64,000 nt of DNA from Octopus vulgaris (lineage: Eukaryota): the NCBI GenBank assembly GCA_951406725.2, contig OX597816.1:173290001-173354000 (forward strand). Direction: 5' to 3'. The position numbers and the translations under genes are program-made. Of this stretch, positions 1-12,453 are shown piece after piece (within the stretch, counting starts at the first letter, position 1; each line of letters opens with the position of its first letter). Under the pieces are notes generated by a model. The model was given only the letters and a program-made list of their open reading frames with translations. It was not told the origin of the DNA and did not search any database.

Positions 1-370
1 GGGTTCAGTCCCACTGTGTGGCATCTTGGGCAAGTGTCTTCTGCTATAGCCTCGGGCCGACCAATGCCTTGTGAGTGGATTTGGTAGATGGAAACTGAAA
101 GAAGCCTGTCGTATATATGTATATATATGTATGTATGTGTATGTATGTGTTTGTGTGTCTGTGTTTATCCCTCTAGCATTGCTTGACAACCGATGCTGGT
201 GTGTTTACGTCCCCGTCACTTAGCGGTTCGGCAAAAGAGACCAATAGAATAAGTACTGGGCTTACAAAGAATAAGTCCCGGGGTCGATTTGCTCGACTAA
301 AGGCGGTGCTCCAGCATGGCTGCAAGTCAAATGACTGAAACAAGTAAAAGAGTAAAAAGAGTAAAGAGTA
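1..370 (+). mobile_element. tRNA-derived SINE family A (CORE-like; cut by window start)
   Basis: Near-identical to 12 other copies in the window. B-box gggttcagtccc, CORE-like ttgggcaagtgtcttc, internal (TA/TG)n and (AAAGAGT)n tail. Confidence 0.85.
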
Positions 371-481
371 ATGAGAGAGAGAGAGAGAGAGAGAAAAATC
401 ACTATTTCAGTGATCAATTTTGGTCAGAAATTAATTAAAAAATAGAAAGCAGTGGGGAGTGAGATTGATATGTAGCATTAC

Positions 482-563
482 ATGGGAAATATTTTGGGTC
501 TTATTAGAGCTCATCAGCAAAGCATAGGGTAATCCCTTCCTGTCAGACCTTACAATGAATAAA
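482..563 (-). CDS. Possible further exon of the same gene (82 nt)
   Basis: Acceptor attatattag|T is phase-2 compatible. Open frame LFIVRSDRKGLPYALLMSSNKTQNISH. Donor CAT|gtaatg is only moderate. Confidence 0.3.
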
Positions 564-899
564 CTAATATAATATTTTAGTAAAGGACATAGAGAATGAC
601 TAAGAATACCTTGGAATGCTTGTTGTAATTGTGAGAAGAACAACTAATAAAATGGCTACTAATATAGTTAATGATGTGAGTCAAGACATTCTATTTAATT
701 TAAATTTTACTTGTAGTGATGAGGCAAAAAATGATTATCTTAATCATTAATTCTGATCAAGAATGGTAGGGGAGGCAACTCTGGAATTTAAAACTAATCT
801 GACTGAAAGAGTATTTTTTTCCCTCAAAATGCATTGCAGCTGATGAAGATATTTGAGAAAAGTTGTATAGGTATACTGATAGTTCCAACTGACACTCAC

Positions 900-970
900 G
901 AGTTCTCTGTCCGTGTAACAGCAGCACCATCTCCAGGGAGGAAGCTTTCTGACTTTGAGGTGGCATCTTT
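900..970 (-). CDS. Same gene, 71-nt exon
   Basis: Acceptor cttcctgttcattactaatag| and donor TC|gtgagt. Phase 0 in, matching the GC donor at 3647. Reads KDATSKSESFLPGDGAAVTRTEN. Confidence 0.6.
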
Positions 971-1358
971 CTATTAGTAATGAACAGGAAGACACATATA
1001 TATATATATAAGATAAACAGGTAGATGTGTAGATGAATGATAAACAAATATGTGTTAATGAGTAACAAATAGATCATCTGCCTGTTCACGATAAACAACT
1101 AAATAATCCATATCCTATCACTAAATAGTAGCAAGATGAAGTAAAGAAGAAACAGAGTTTCATGTTACATTTTACAACTAACAATTGATTTTCTTTATTC
1201 AATGCATACAAAGTTATTTATAAATGACACCATACAATTGGTTAATTAACCATTACCTAATATATGAGTAACTAAAATATTTATATATTACATAATGGAT
1301 ATCTGATTTAGTGAAATATCTACACATCTAATATTTCAGTTAAGGCTATATTGATACA

Positions 1359-1728
1359 GTGGAGGCGCAATGGCCCAGTGGTTAGGGCAGCGGAATCGCG
1401 GTCGTAGGATCGCGGTTTCGATTCCCAGACCGGGCGTTGTGAGTGTTTATTGAGCGAAAACACCTAAAGCTCCACGAGGCTCCGGCAGGGATGGTGGTGA
1501 TCCCTGCTGTATTCTTTCACCACAACTTTCTCTTGTTTCTGTTGTACCTGTATTTCAAAGGCCGGTCTTGTCACTCTCTGTGTCACGCTGAATATCGGGT
1601 ACACGTTAAGGGTACACGTGTCTGTGGAGTGCTCAGCCACTTACACGTTAATTTCACGAGCAGGCTGTTCCATTGATCGGATCAACCGGAACCCTCGTCG
1701 TCGTAACCGACGGAGTGCTTCCATTTCC
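1359..1728 (+). mobile_element. tRNA-derived SINE family B
   Basis: A-box tggcccagtgg and B-box ggtttcgattccc. 11-bp TSD atattgataca at 1348-1358 and 1729-1739. Confidence 0.9.
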
Positions 1729-2616
1729 ATATTGATACAAGACCTAATCCATTATTAATATATTTTTAAATAACTTAATCTGCATGATCATGTTGTATTT
1801 ATAGATTACATTATATATATATATATGTTACAAACTATTTAAAATAGACTAGCGTAATTTTTTGAGAGCCAAGACTGGCAGCTCTCACGCACAAATATAG
1901 ATATAAATTGTATTGGATCTGTTAGTATTGTAGGGATTTGAACCCTATCTGCAAGATACTCAGTTAGGGGTCATAAGTGAGTCACCACAATTTCACATGA
2001 TTGATCTTATATATTGATCAATCAGCATGAAGTTGTGGCATGATTTGGTTCCTCAGATGTTCTAGAATTCACTCCCTTTTCATCCTGCAGAAACCAGGTG
2101 GTGCCTTACTAAGCCAGACAGCCTTGCACATTTGTGCAGACAGTCTCAGATATTTGCATAGGCCACCTTGGGTACTTACAGAAGGCAGACTGCTAAGACC
2201 AGACCATCTTTGGCACTTAGACAGACTATCACGAGCAAGAAACAACTTCGGAGACACACACAATGTACCACAGCTAGCCTTCTACAAGATGCAGCACAGT
2301 TCTCTCCTCCCAGTTGTCAGCATCTTTCTTTTGTAAACAGCCAACATAGTAAATCATATACAGCAATAAATATGTTAAAAGCCAAAAGTTTGTGAGTTTG
2401 CTTCAGTTATTATATATGCAGCCAGCTAGATCACACAATGATGGTTTCAACTCCATACTCAGCTAACATCACAACCACTGCAACATTGGGGACAAAGCAA
2501 CCCTCTTGACAGTATCCAATAAAACCCAACCATCATCCTTTCTGTGCAACAAACCATCACTCCTTCCCCACACAAGCACCCATTATTGACGTTCGTCACT
2601 ACCTCATACCCTTGCC

Positions 2617-2751
<135 letters not shown>

Positions 2752-3415
2752 ATGTAGCAGCTCTGATTTCCATAACTCAAAGTCATTACTGTCTCTTCAC
2801 TACACTCTCACCCTAATCACTATTATACTCTCCTATCATACTCTCACTTGAGCATTATCTCTCTTCCATTACTCCTTCCTCTAACACCTTTTGACCCCAA
2901 TCACAGTTTCTCCCATCATATTCTCACTCTTTCATCTACATAACCTACTTCTTTCTCTTCTCACTTTCCTGTTTGCCCTCTTGGTTATATTTTCTTAAAT
3001 AAACACACTGTAAAGCGGTGAGGACTCTTTAGTCTTATGAAGCACAAGGCCATCTCACTATTGCTAGTGTCATGATAAAATGCACCCAGCACACTCTGTA
3101 AAGTGGTTTACAAATGAGTGTAGATAACATAGTTAAAATCAAGAGATCTCTTTAGTTTGGCTAAAGTGTTAATGCAACAATGAAATGCATTCAGTATACT
3201 TTGTACATTGGTTGGGGTTATAAAGGACATCCAGACAGAAAACATATCAAAGATGGAATGCTCAAGCAAGTATATCAACCTCCAGCCCATTTAGGAGGAG
3301 GGCAGTAATTTCAAATAAGAGCTAATTTGGACTGTGACAAGCTGGCTTAATGATGCTCAAGTTGGTGGTGGTAGTGGTGCTTGTGTTAGTGCTAATGCTG
3401 GTGGTTATGATGATG

Positions 3416-3447
<32 letters not shown>

Positions 3448-3646
3448 GATGATGACAACATTAGCACTGATGATGATCATGATGAGGATGACAATACACA
3501 TACATACACTCACAAATGTAAACAGTTACAGACACACTTCTATTTCAAACTGTCTATTCAATGCACCTGCAACAGAGCAAAAGTTAGGACAAATAATACA
3601 CAAGCAAAAACATTTAGCTCTAGTCTGTCTTAAGAGTTTTACTTGC

Positions 3647-5902
3647 CTTTTCTAAATGTGTATCCTTTGAAGTCTCTGTGAAATTGTTGGGAATGAAATT
3701 TACTTTGATAGATGAACTTCTTTGAGCATATTTCTCATCACCAATGCAAGCTTGATTCTCAACAACCTGTGAATCATTTGGTTTGGGATGAGTCACCTCT
3801 GCATCACCAACATATTCCTTAAAGTGATTTTCTGTTGGAGAACTTACACCTGGCAAACCCTCTGAAGTAGAATTCAGATGACATGTTTGATCTTGGGTCA
3901 TAGACAATTTCTCTTTTTTACATGGTGAAAAAGACGAAATATTATTGTTGACGTTTTCCTTATTTATTTCCAGCTTCTCAGTAGTCAATCCTAAATCTGA
4001 CTTTTGATTGCAGCTACTCACAGAATTTTCTTTTGAAATTTCTTGTTTATTTGATTTTCGGTTGTTAGAAAATGTCACCCGTGACTCCTTTTCAGACCAA
4101 TGTGAGTTCTTTTTGCTTTGATTAATTATAGGAAAACTTTTGTCTGAAGGCATTTCTAAATTTTTGTTAGTATGATGATTCTTATTAACTTTAGAGGCAG
4201 AGGTAATTTTAGCTTCATTAGTGTTAGAAATCCTCAAAGGATCAATTGTTTTCAGCTCATTAGAAGGCTCACTCTCAGAATGAAGATTACCAAAATTTTT
4301 GTCTAATATTCCAGATGTAGTTATTTCCGACTCAGTAAACTCAGGTGCTTCTCCACGTATCTCTTCTATATGATTGCTGAAGTGAACTTTGTGGGTTTGA
4401 TGAGGCTTTAGTGCCACCTCAGATCTAAAATTAGCTGGGTCACTGTTTGTTGTTACTTCTCTTGGTTTACCAGGGACAGTTTTGTTGACTTTAGCTTTTA
4501 GTGAGACCTCTATTTTTGGTTCTATCTTAGCAGAATCAATATGTTGGGCATTATAATTTGGTGTTTCTTTTCTGTCGGAACCAGATTTAATTGGGTTAGT
4601 ACTGTGGTCTTTACAATCTGGACTTACTTTTGCTTTTGACATAGGCTTACTGTGGACAGTGTTGTGAATCTTAGTTTTTGGTATTACTTTTATTTCTAGC
4701 TTTGATTCAATGGAATCAATGTGGTGGGCATTACAATTTGGCATTGCTTCTGTCTCTGAAGTCAATTTAATAGGGTCAGTACTGTGATCATTGTCATTTG
4801 ATGACACCTCAATTTCTGAATCATAGGCTGTATTGTGGGTCTCACTGCTTGGCATTACTTCTGTCTCTGGTTTAGATTTAACAGAATCAGTGTGTGATAT
4901 ATTATTATTTAACATTACCTCTGTTTCTGATTTGGGTATAGTAGGGTCAATGTTGTGGGTAGAATTATTTAGGATGTTTTCCCTCTCAAATAAGTTTTCA
5001 TGGTCAGAATGGGAAATAGAATTATTATTGACATTGATGACGTTAAGAACTTCTGTGTCTTCCTCCACTTCAAGTTTAATATGATCAGTGTTTTGAACCT
5101 CTTCTACTTCTGGGTTGAGTTCAACCAAGGTTTGATCAGTCTGATGGTTTAATACTTTCTCTGTATTTGGCTTCAGGTTTGTCTGGTCATTATCTTTACT
5201 GGCTGAGATTCCTTCAGTTTCTGGTCTCAATTTAGTCTGGTCTTTCTGATCATCACTGCAGTCCAAGTCCTTCTTTATATCTAGTTCTACTCTAGACTGT
5301 TCATTCTTATGATAATCATTCTTTGATATTTCCTCCTCCTCTATCCCATCAGGGTGTGAAGCATTTTCATTTTCACATGAGATTCTCTCTATTTCTGGAC
5401 TGAGTTTAGGTAGATCAGAATGAATATCAATTTTGTTCAAGTCATTTTCTACTCCTTGCCTGATGTTGGACTGATCAGTAATTTTGTCATCTTTATTCAA
5501 AACTTTCTCTGACCTCCACATGAACTGGTCACTAATGTTTTCAGTTTTCTCAATCTCTGGTTTAACTTTGGACACATCAGTATGAGAACCACTGCTGTTT
5601 TGTATTTTCTCTTCTAATTTGTGTTTAGTTGGATCAGTGTGTTGGTCACCAATATCCAAGGTTTTCTCTCTCTCAGGCCAGAGTTTGAAATGGTCAGTGT
5701 GGTCACCACTTTTGTTCAAAACTTCCTCTAATTCAGAACTGACTCGAGGTTGGTCAGTGTGATGACACCCAGTGCTTTCTAATTTACTGTAGATACTGCC
5801 ACTCTGATGGGATGCTCTTGATCCAAATTCTTCCTTTCCTTTATCTTTTACTTCTTGAACCTCAGGTAAGATAGACTGCAGCTTGGAGTCTTTCTGTTTA
5901 AA
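3647..5902 (-). CDS. Same gene, 2256-nt exon with degenerate ~21-aa repeats
   Basis: Lies in the 769-aa ORF 3620-5929. Acceptor tcaatttcag|TTTAAA (phase 0). Probable GC donor AAG|gcaagt; otherwise it reads to the stop at 3620. Confidence 0.85.
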
Positions 5903-6652
5903 CTGAAATTGATAAGTAACAAGAAACAATGAAGGAGAGTTTAAATTGAGACAGATGAGAGGGGTGAAAGGGTGAAGAAGAAAACTGACATGTTTAAAGA
6001 GTTACAAACAAAATTTTAAAAAAAGGAAAGAGACAGAGAGAGAAGCAGTTAGACATGTCAGTTATAAATATATATATGAATGCGGTTGGTGGTGAAGGTT
6101 GGGAAGCAAGCTTCTTATGATACAGCCATGCCTGTGCCTATACATGCAACTGAAGCTGCAATCACAGGTTGCTTTCAGGCGTCAAGACGAAAAATGGCAT
6201 TCGGCAGCTGTTGTGGCTCTGTGTTGCCAGCGCTCACCACCACTACCCCCACTCAGTCAATGCAGGGCAGCTTCACACTCATGACAATATGGTCAGCCTT
6301 CTGCATTGGTTACAGTGCAAATGTTAGTCCTCACCATGAAGGGAGTGGATGTATGTATGTGCATGTATCTTTATGCTTGTTTATATCTGTGATTGTTTGT
6401 ACAAAAAACTATAGAGGGCAGTGTTGTTGTCAGTTCTCCTATCAAGAACTTGTTCAGTTATTTCATACCTTCAAAGCTGTTTCAATTAATAGATTTCTTA
6501 CTTGGAGAACAGCTAGTGGTTAGGTAATTTTAGGAAGATCAACCAGCTGTAAAACAAAGCCTCAAATAACACTTTTGTTCATCACATGCAAGTATGGTTA
6601 GATGGACATAAATCAAATTAATTCATATGTGCGAAATGAAAAATATATCTAC

Positions 6653-7625
6653 CAGAATCTGTGATGGTCCACTCTGAGGGCGCTGCTTCATTGCTCTGAA
6701 TGCCTTAGAATTTGCTGTGTTTTGTGTTGTTTGGGGTCTTTGAAGTTTCCTTTGGTTTTGTCCAATCAACATTTTCTCAACAATCACTTGAGGACCTTTC
6801 ATATCAAATTCCACTGTTTTTATTGTCTTATAAACATTCCATGATTCCAGATCTGAATGGGGGGCCACATTAGCAGCTTGGGTATATTTTTCTTCATGCA
6901 TCCTTTCTTGTTTCTCGCAAAGATTGATGAAATACTTCTGCAGGTGAGGAGTAACTGCAGAAGATATTTTAGGACCTGAATCGCTGGTCTCTTGGTCATA
7001 AACCATTTGTATAGGGTTGTAATCAGTTCTTCGGAAGAATACTTGCTGTTTTGAATTAGAATTGGATTTCAAAGATTTTTCTCCTAACTGAGATTTGGAA
7101 TTTGATGATTTTTTCCCTATTAACGTTGCTGTGTGCATTCGTCTGCCAGAATGTGTGCAGAGAAGTTGTATAGGTCTTGTGTTAACATATGATTCAGTTT
7201 TGTGATGGACATCATTAAAGGTTGACAAACCCTTAGAAGAGAGTTCACAAAAAAATTTATTACTTTTGGGAGTCTCTTTCAATGTACAGGTTTTAAGCTT
7301 AATAGGAACAGGAGATGAAAGGGGAGAAGATGAAGAAGAAGAAGAAATAGAACAAAGAGAGGGTGCTGGAGAAGACTCTCTACATATATTTAAGACAGAA
7401 CCATTTTTAAGAGAAGCATCAAGCACTAGAGTATTATCATTTTGTGAAAACGCATAAGAACTTTCCCTATTGTTTGTAGGAAAATGTCTCTCAGAAGATG
7501 TAGGTGTGTTTCCTCTTGGTGATGTTGGTGGGGCTGCTGTAAAAGAAGGCTTCATCTCTGCATTCTGCTTTAGCATCATTTTGTCTGTTACAATGGTGGG
7601 GTCAGTTAGATTCACTTTCAACAAC
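6653..7625 (-). CDS. Same gene, 973-nt Ser/Thr/Lys-rich exon
   Basis: Lies in ORF 6623-7672. Acceptor aattttgacag|G (phase 2) and donor CTG|gtagat (phase 0). Confidence 0.8.
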
Positions 7626-8148
7626 CTGTCAAAATTGAGAATTTCAATATAAAAAATCCAAAATAGATGCAATAGTTATATTTTTAAAGCAAATATAGAC
7701 ATTTGAATAGCGTTGGCACAATTGATTTCAAAACTGGTTGGACATTCTACAAGCTGTTAAGTAAATAATATTCACATAAAAAATTGCATAAACAGAAATG
7801 ACTCCAGGTTTAATAGTTATGTACAAGAGTATGCTGAAGAGGTTAATAAGACTGAAACATGTTTACAGTTATTGCCATTTTTAACTGATTAAAATTTATT
7901 TCTGGGCCATTCCATTCAGTATGTCTGCTAGCATTCATACACACACACAACACACACACACACAACACACACAACACACCAACTCAATCACATATTTACA
8001 AACACCAGGAACTCGTTTAACTAAAAAATTCTTGCTGCTTTGTTAGTGACCAGCTTGAACCCACTCAAGAACTTGAATGAACCTCGAAGGAAAGTTATAC
8101 ACACATACATACATATGTATATATACATAAATATATATATATATATAT

Positions 8149-8445
8149 AAAATAAATATAAGAGAGTGTTCACTATATTGATCACTCTAGCACCAGTTAA
8201 TCCAAGAGGTTTCGACCACGAAAAATACATGTTTCCCATGAAAGCCGGTACGACTGTTAGCTCACACGGACAGGGCAAATAAAAAATAACAAAAATACAG
8301 ATTGTTATTTTTTATTTGCCCTGTCCGTGTGAGCTAACAGTCGTACCGGCTTTCATGGGAAACATGTATTTTTCGTGGTCGAAACCTCTTGGATTAACTG
8401 GTGCTAGAGTGATCAATATAGTGAACACTCTCTTATATTTATTTT
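8149..8445. repeat. Perfect palindrome, 144-bp arms and 9-nt loop, within a (TA)n-flanked element (8149-8575)
   Basis: 8149-8292 is the reverse complement of 8302-8445. Confidence 0.95.
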
Positions 8446-8566
8446 GTGAAAATATTATAATATGTTATAAAATATTATAATAATCCAGGTTTCTCGTAGC
8501 ACTAGGCCACTTGGTGTGGAATAAATATACTATTAAATTAGTATCTAATTCTCTCACCCTTATTAA

Positions 8567-8603
<37 letters not shown>

Positions 8604-8697
8604 CAATTAAAAAAGACAGAGAAAAAGAAAAAACAAACGTGAGGATGTAGCACAAGCAATGTATTAATCTGATGCTCAGAGAAAGAAGAGAGTAATA

Positions 8698-8732
8698 GTT
8701 TTACATTTCGAGCATAGCTCTTCTTCAGAAAC
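8698..8732 (-). ncRNA. Minimal type I hammerhead-ribozyme-like motif
   Basis: gttt-CTGAAGA-a-gagc[tat]gctc-GAAA-tg-TA-aaac. Confidence 0.55.
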
Positions 8733-8928
8733 AGGAAAAACAAGGAAGTCCAAAGGGAGAGAAGGAAGAAAGAGGAAAAAAAATCACCAACAGTCCACAT
8801 GCAGCAACATTTCTGAAGTGACCAGAAGTAGGAGGAATGAAAAGAAAGTGCTTTTTGGGACAGGAGGGCATGAAGATGGTCGGTATGTGTGTATGGCAGT
8901 AACTGCATATGTGTGTGTGTGTGTGGGG

Positions 8929-8968
<40 letters not shown>

Positions 8969-9052
8969 GAAATAGGATAAAAATTTTTTCGGGAAAAAAA
9001 TTTTATCAATGGCCAGCATATCAAAAAATGCCTTTAAAGGTAAAATTTATAC

Positions 9053-9171
9053 ATAATTTACAAGATAAGGGCAGAAGAAAAAATTCTAATGCCAGATACG
9101 CCGAAAACAAAAAAGTTTTTTTGTTTCAGCGTATCTGGCATTAGAATTTTTTCTTCTGCCCTTATCTTGTA

Positions 9172-9177
<6 letters not shown>
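9053..9177. repeat. Foldback at the end of a (TA)n-flanked element (8965-9177)
   Basis: Perfect core arms at 9058-9101 and 9129-9172. The element is homologous to 58340-58490. Confidence 0.9.
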
Positions 9178-9221
<44 letters not shown>

Positions 9222-9225
<4 letters not shown>

Positions 9226-10003
9226 CGAAGTCTGATCAATAAGTATCTGGACTGTTGCCATAGTAACAAAGCTAAAGAATGCAGAGCGAAGTCACAAAGC
9301 AAAGATTCACCTTGACCTCTGTTTTGCATGTGCACTAAGTTTTAATGTTCTAGCTCACTTCTACTGATTACAGCAGTGCTTTGAAGTAACATGTGTAATG
9401 TGTGGACATTGCATTGACCATGACAGAGAAAGTTGTAATCAGAGGCCTACACAAAGTTACAGAAAGTGTATGGAGAGGAGTGTATGCTCCACACACAAGA
9501 GTACGAGTAGTTCAGACATTTCCAAGATGTCTGAAAAACTGTTGATAGTGAAAAACATTCTGGGAGACCTGCAACCAGTGGAACTGAGAAAAACAATGCA
9601 GATGTATGTGCAGCTGTGAGAGGAAACTGCCAAATCACCATCCGTGAGTTATCAGAGGATGTGCAGATTAGGTACAGTTCAGTTCAGTCCATTATCACTG
9701 AAGATTTGGGTATGAGACATGTGTCTGACAAGTTCGTGCCAAAACTGCTTTCAGATGACCAAAAATACATTTGGGTTTCAGTTGCACCAAATCTCCTTGA
9801 CTGAGTTGAGAATGATGAAAACTTTTTGAAAATTTTGTGTAGGTCTCTGAGCAGGTATCACCAAGCTTTTGGCAAAATTTGATGCAGATTCTCTGCTCAA
9901 CTTTCTTTGTCATGGTCAATGCAATGATCACATGCTACACATGTTCCTTCCAAGAACTGCTGTAAACAGCAGAAGTGAACTAGAATGTGAAAACTTAGTG
10001 CAC
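9222..10003 (+). mobile_element. mariner-derived element with an inverted copy of its own 5' region
   Basis: TA+cgaagtctgatcaataagtat end. Transposase pieces ITIRELSEDV...DLGMRHV..KFVPKLL on plus and QRICIKFCQKLG on minus. 9330-9460 is inverted at 9830-10003. Confidence 0.8.
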
Positions 10004-10308
10004 GTTCCAAATATTAATACATAATTCACTGCAATTACTAAATAAACAAAACAAAGCCTTTTTCTACTGTTGTCATAGGTTCCATCACACCTTTAAATTC
10101 TTCCATAGATCCAAATGCAAACAAAATCAACACAAATAACACACCCATCCATGATCATTACAATATATATATCTGAGTGTGTGTGTGTGTGTGTGTGTAT
10201 GTATGCATATGCATGTATATATGTGCACTTTATATGTACGCTTATGTGCGTTTATGTATATGTGTGTATGTATGTATGCATGTATATAGGTCTATGTATA
10301 TGTATGTG

Positions 10309-10356
<48 letters not shown>

Positions 10357-10712
10357 TGTGTGTTTGTATACTCTTCTTTTTCTCCTATCTCTCTATCAAC
10401 ATAACTATCTTAGAAACTAGTTAATTTCAACTCAATAAATTTTAGTTTTTATAGTTTTTTAGTTTGTAGTTTTCTTAGTTTGTAATTTTAAGTTTAGGTT
10501 TAAATTTTAATTTTCAGTTTTAATTCTAATTCTTAATCCTTTGTCTCATATCATTTAATTGCTATTAAGCTTGAAATACAATTTTACATATCTGCACTAA
10601 ACTATTGTCCTTATAACCTTACCTATATTGGTCTTCCACCCCCATTCTACTGAAACTTTAACGTTTGACCTCTAACCACACAACCTATCTATATCATTAC
10701 CTTCACTTTTAC

Positions 10713-11123
10713 CTCTCTTTTACTCTTTTACTTGTTTCAGTCATTTGACTGCGGCCATGCTGGAGCACCGCCTTTAATCGAGCAACTCGACCCCGGGACT
10801 TATTCTTTTGTAAGCCCAGTACTTATTCTATCAGTCTCTTTTGCCGAACCGCTAAGTAACGGGGACACAAACACACCAGCATCGGTTGTCAAGCAATGCT
10901 AGGGGGACAAACACAGACACACAAACACACACACGCATATATATATATATACATATATACGACGGGCTTCTTTCAGTTTCCGTCTACCAAATCCACTCAC
11001 AAGGCTTTGGTCAGCCCGAGGCTATAGTAGAAGACACTTGCCCAAGGTGCCACGCAGTGGGACTGAACCCGGAACCATGTGGTTGGTAAACAAGCTACTT
11101 ACCACACAGCCACTCCTGCGCCT
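10713..11123 (-). mobile_element. SINE family A
   Basis: Full-length copy of the family A consensus. Confidence 0.9.
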
Positions 11124-11414
11124 ATACCTATTTATTTTTATTCTTATTTTTTACCCTGTTACCTCTAATTTTATTTTTATTCCCTTTCTCTTCTTTCTAC
11201 TCTCTCGAATACATACTCACAAAACCAATTTATAAAATATCTATCATTACCTTTTCTTTTCATTTCTTATTTTTCTTATTTTTTATTTATATTTTTTATT
11301 TGTATTTTATTCATATTTTTACCCTTTTACCATTATCTTGTTTTTTATTTCTTTCTCCTATCTCCCTTTCTCTCTCTCATACACCCACTCACAAACCCCA
11401 TTTATGTCCATCAT

Positions 11415-11802
11415 GGATGGAAGCACTCCGTCGGTTATGACAACGAGGGTTCCGGTTGATCCGAATCAACGGAACAGCCTGCTCGTGAAATTAACATGTA
11501 AGTGGCTGAGCACTCCACAGACACGTGTACCCTTAACGTAGTTCTTGGGGATATTCAGTGTGACACAGAGAGTGACAAGGCCGGCCCTTTGAAATACAGG
11601 TACAACAAAAACAGGAAGTAAGGGTGAGAGAAAGTTGTGGTAAAAGGGTACAGCAGGGATCACCACCATCCCCTGCCGGAGCCTCATGGAACTTTAGGTG
11701 TTTTCGCTCAATAACCACTCACAACGCCCGGTCTGGGAATCGAAACCGCGATCCTATGACCGCGAGTCCACTGCCCTAACCACTGGGCCATTGCGCCTCC
11801 AC
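11415..11802 (-). mobile_element. SINE family B
   Basis: Full-length copy with 12-bp TSD tatgtccatcat. Confidence 0.9.
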
Positions 11803-12083
11803 TATGTCCATCATACTTTCTCGCTCTATATACACATTTACAATATGAATACATCATTCAGAATACTGCGAAAATATTGCCTGGATTTACCTGGGATTTT
11901 AACTAAAAACCTGTACATTCATGGAAGTACCGACCAACATCCATATCCTCTGGAAAAAGATGAGATGTCAACATTATTCTCCTGCTTATATTCTTCTAAC
12001 TACTTTTACTCTTTATTCTTCTAAACTGTGAATTTTATTCCTTGTAAACTGTAAATTTTTCCCATCTAAAATATTCACACCTT

Positions 12084-12453
12084 GGCCATGCTGGAGCACC
12101 GCCTTTAGTCGAGCAACTCGACCCCGGGACTTATTCTTTGTAAGCCTAGTACTTATTCTATCGGTCTCTTTTGCCAAACCGCTAAGTGACGGGGACATAA
12201 ACACACCAGCATCGGTTGTCAAGCAATGCTAGGGAGATAAACACAGACACACAAACACACACGCACACACACATATATATACATATATATGACGGGCTTC
12301 TTTCAGTTTCCGTCTACCAAATCCACTCACAAGGCTTTGGTCGGCCCGAGGCTATAGTAGAAGACACTTGCCCAAGGTGCCATGCAGTAGGACTGAACCC
12401 GGAACCATGTGGTTGGTAAGCAAGCTACTTACCACACAGCCACTCCTGCGCCT
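12084..12453 (-). mobile_element. SINE family A (3' end missing)
   Basis: Family A consensus without the tail. Confidence 0.85.

Noticed and set aside
1359-1440. tRNA gene
   Set aside because: It is the head of SINE family B: no proper acceptor stem, and it continues into the SINE body in all four copies.
2040-2336. Short ORFs on both strands as a possible exon
   Set aside because: No phase-compatible minus-strand splice pair and no recognisable protein motif.
4460-5790. Link between the 63-bp coding period and the 63-bp LINE array unit
   Set aside because: No sequence similarity; the period match looks coincidental.
6080-6523. 147-aa plus-strand ORF
   Set aside because: Starts in a SINE-head remnant, runs into simple repeats, and lies antisense in an intron.
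8200-8400. Hammerhead within the 144-bp palindrome
   Set aside because: GAAA-containing half-motifs are present but there is no CUGANGA box on either arm.
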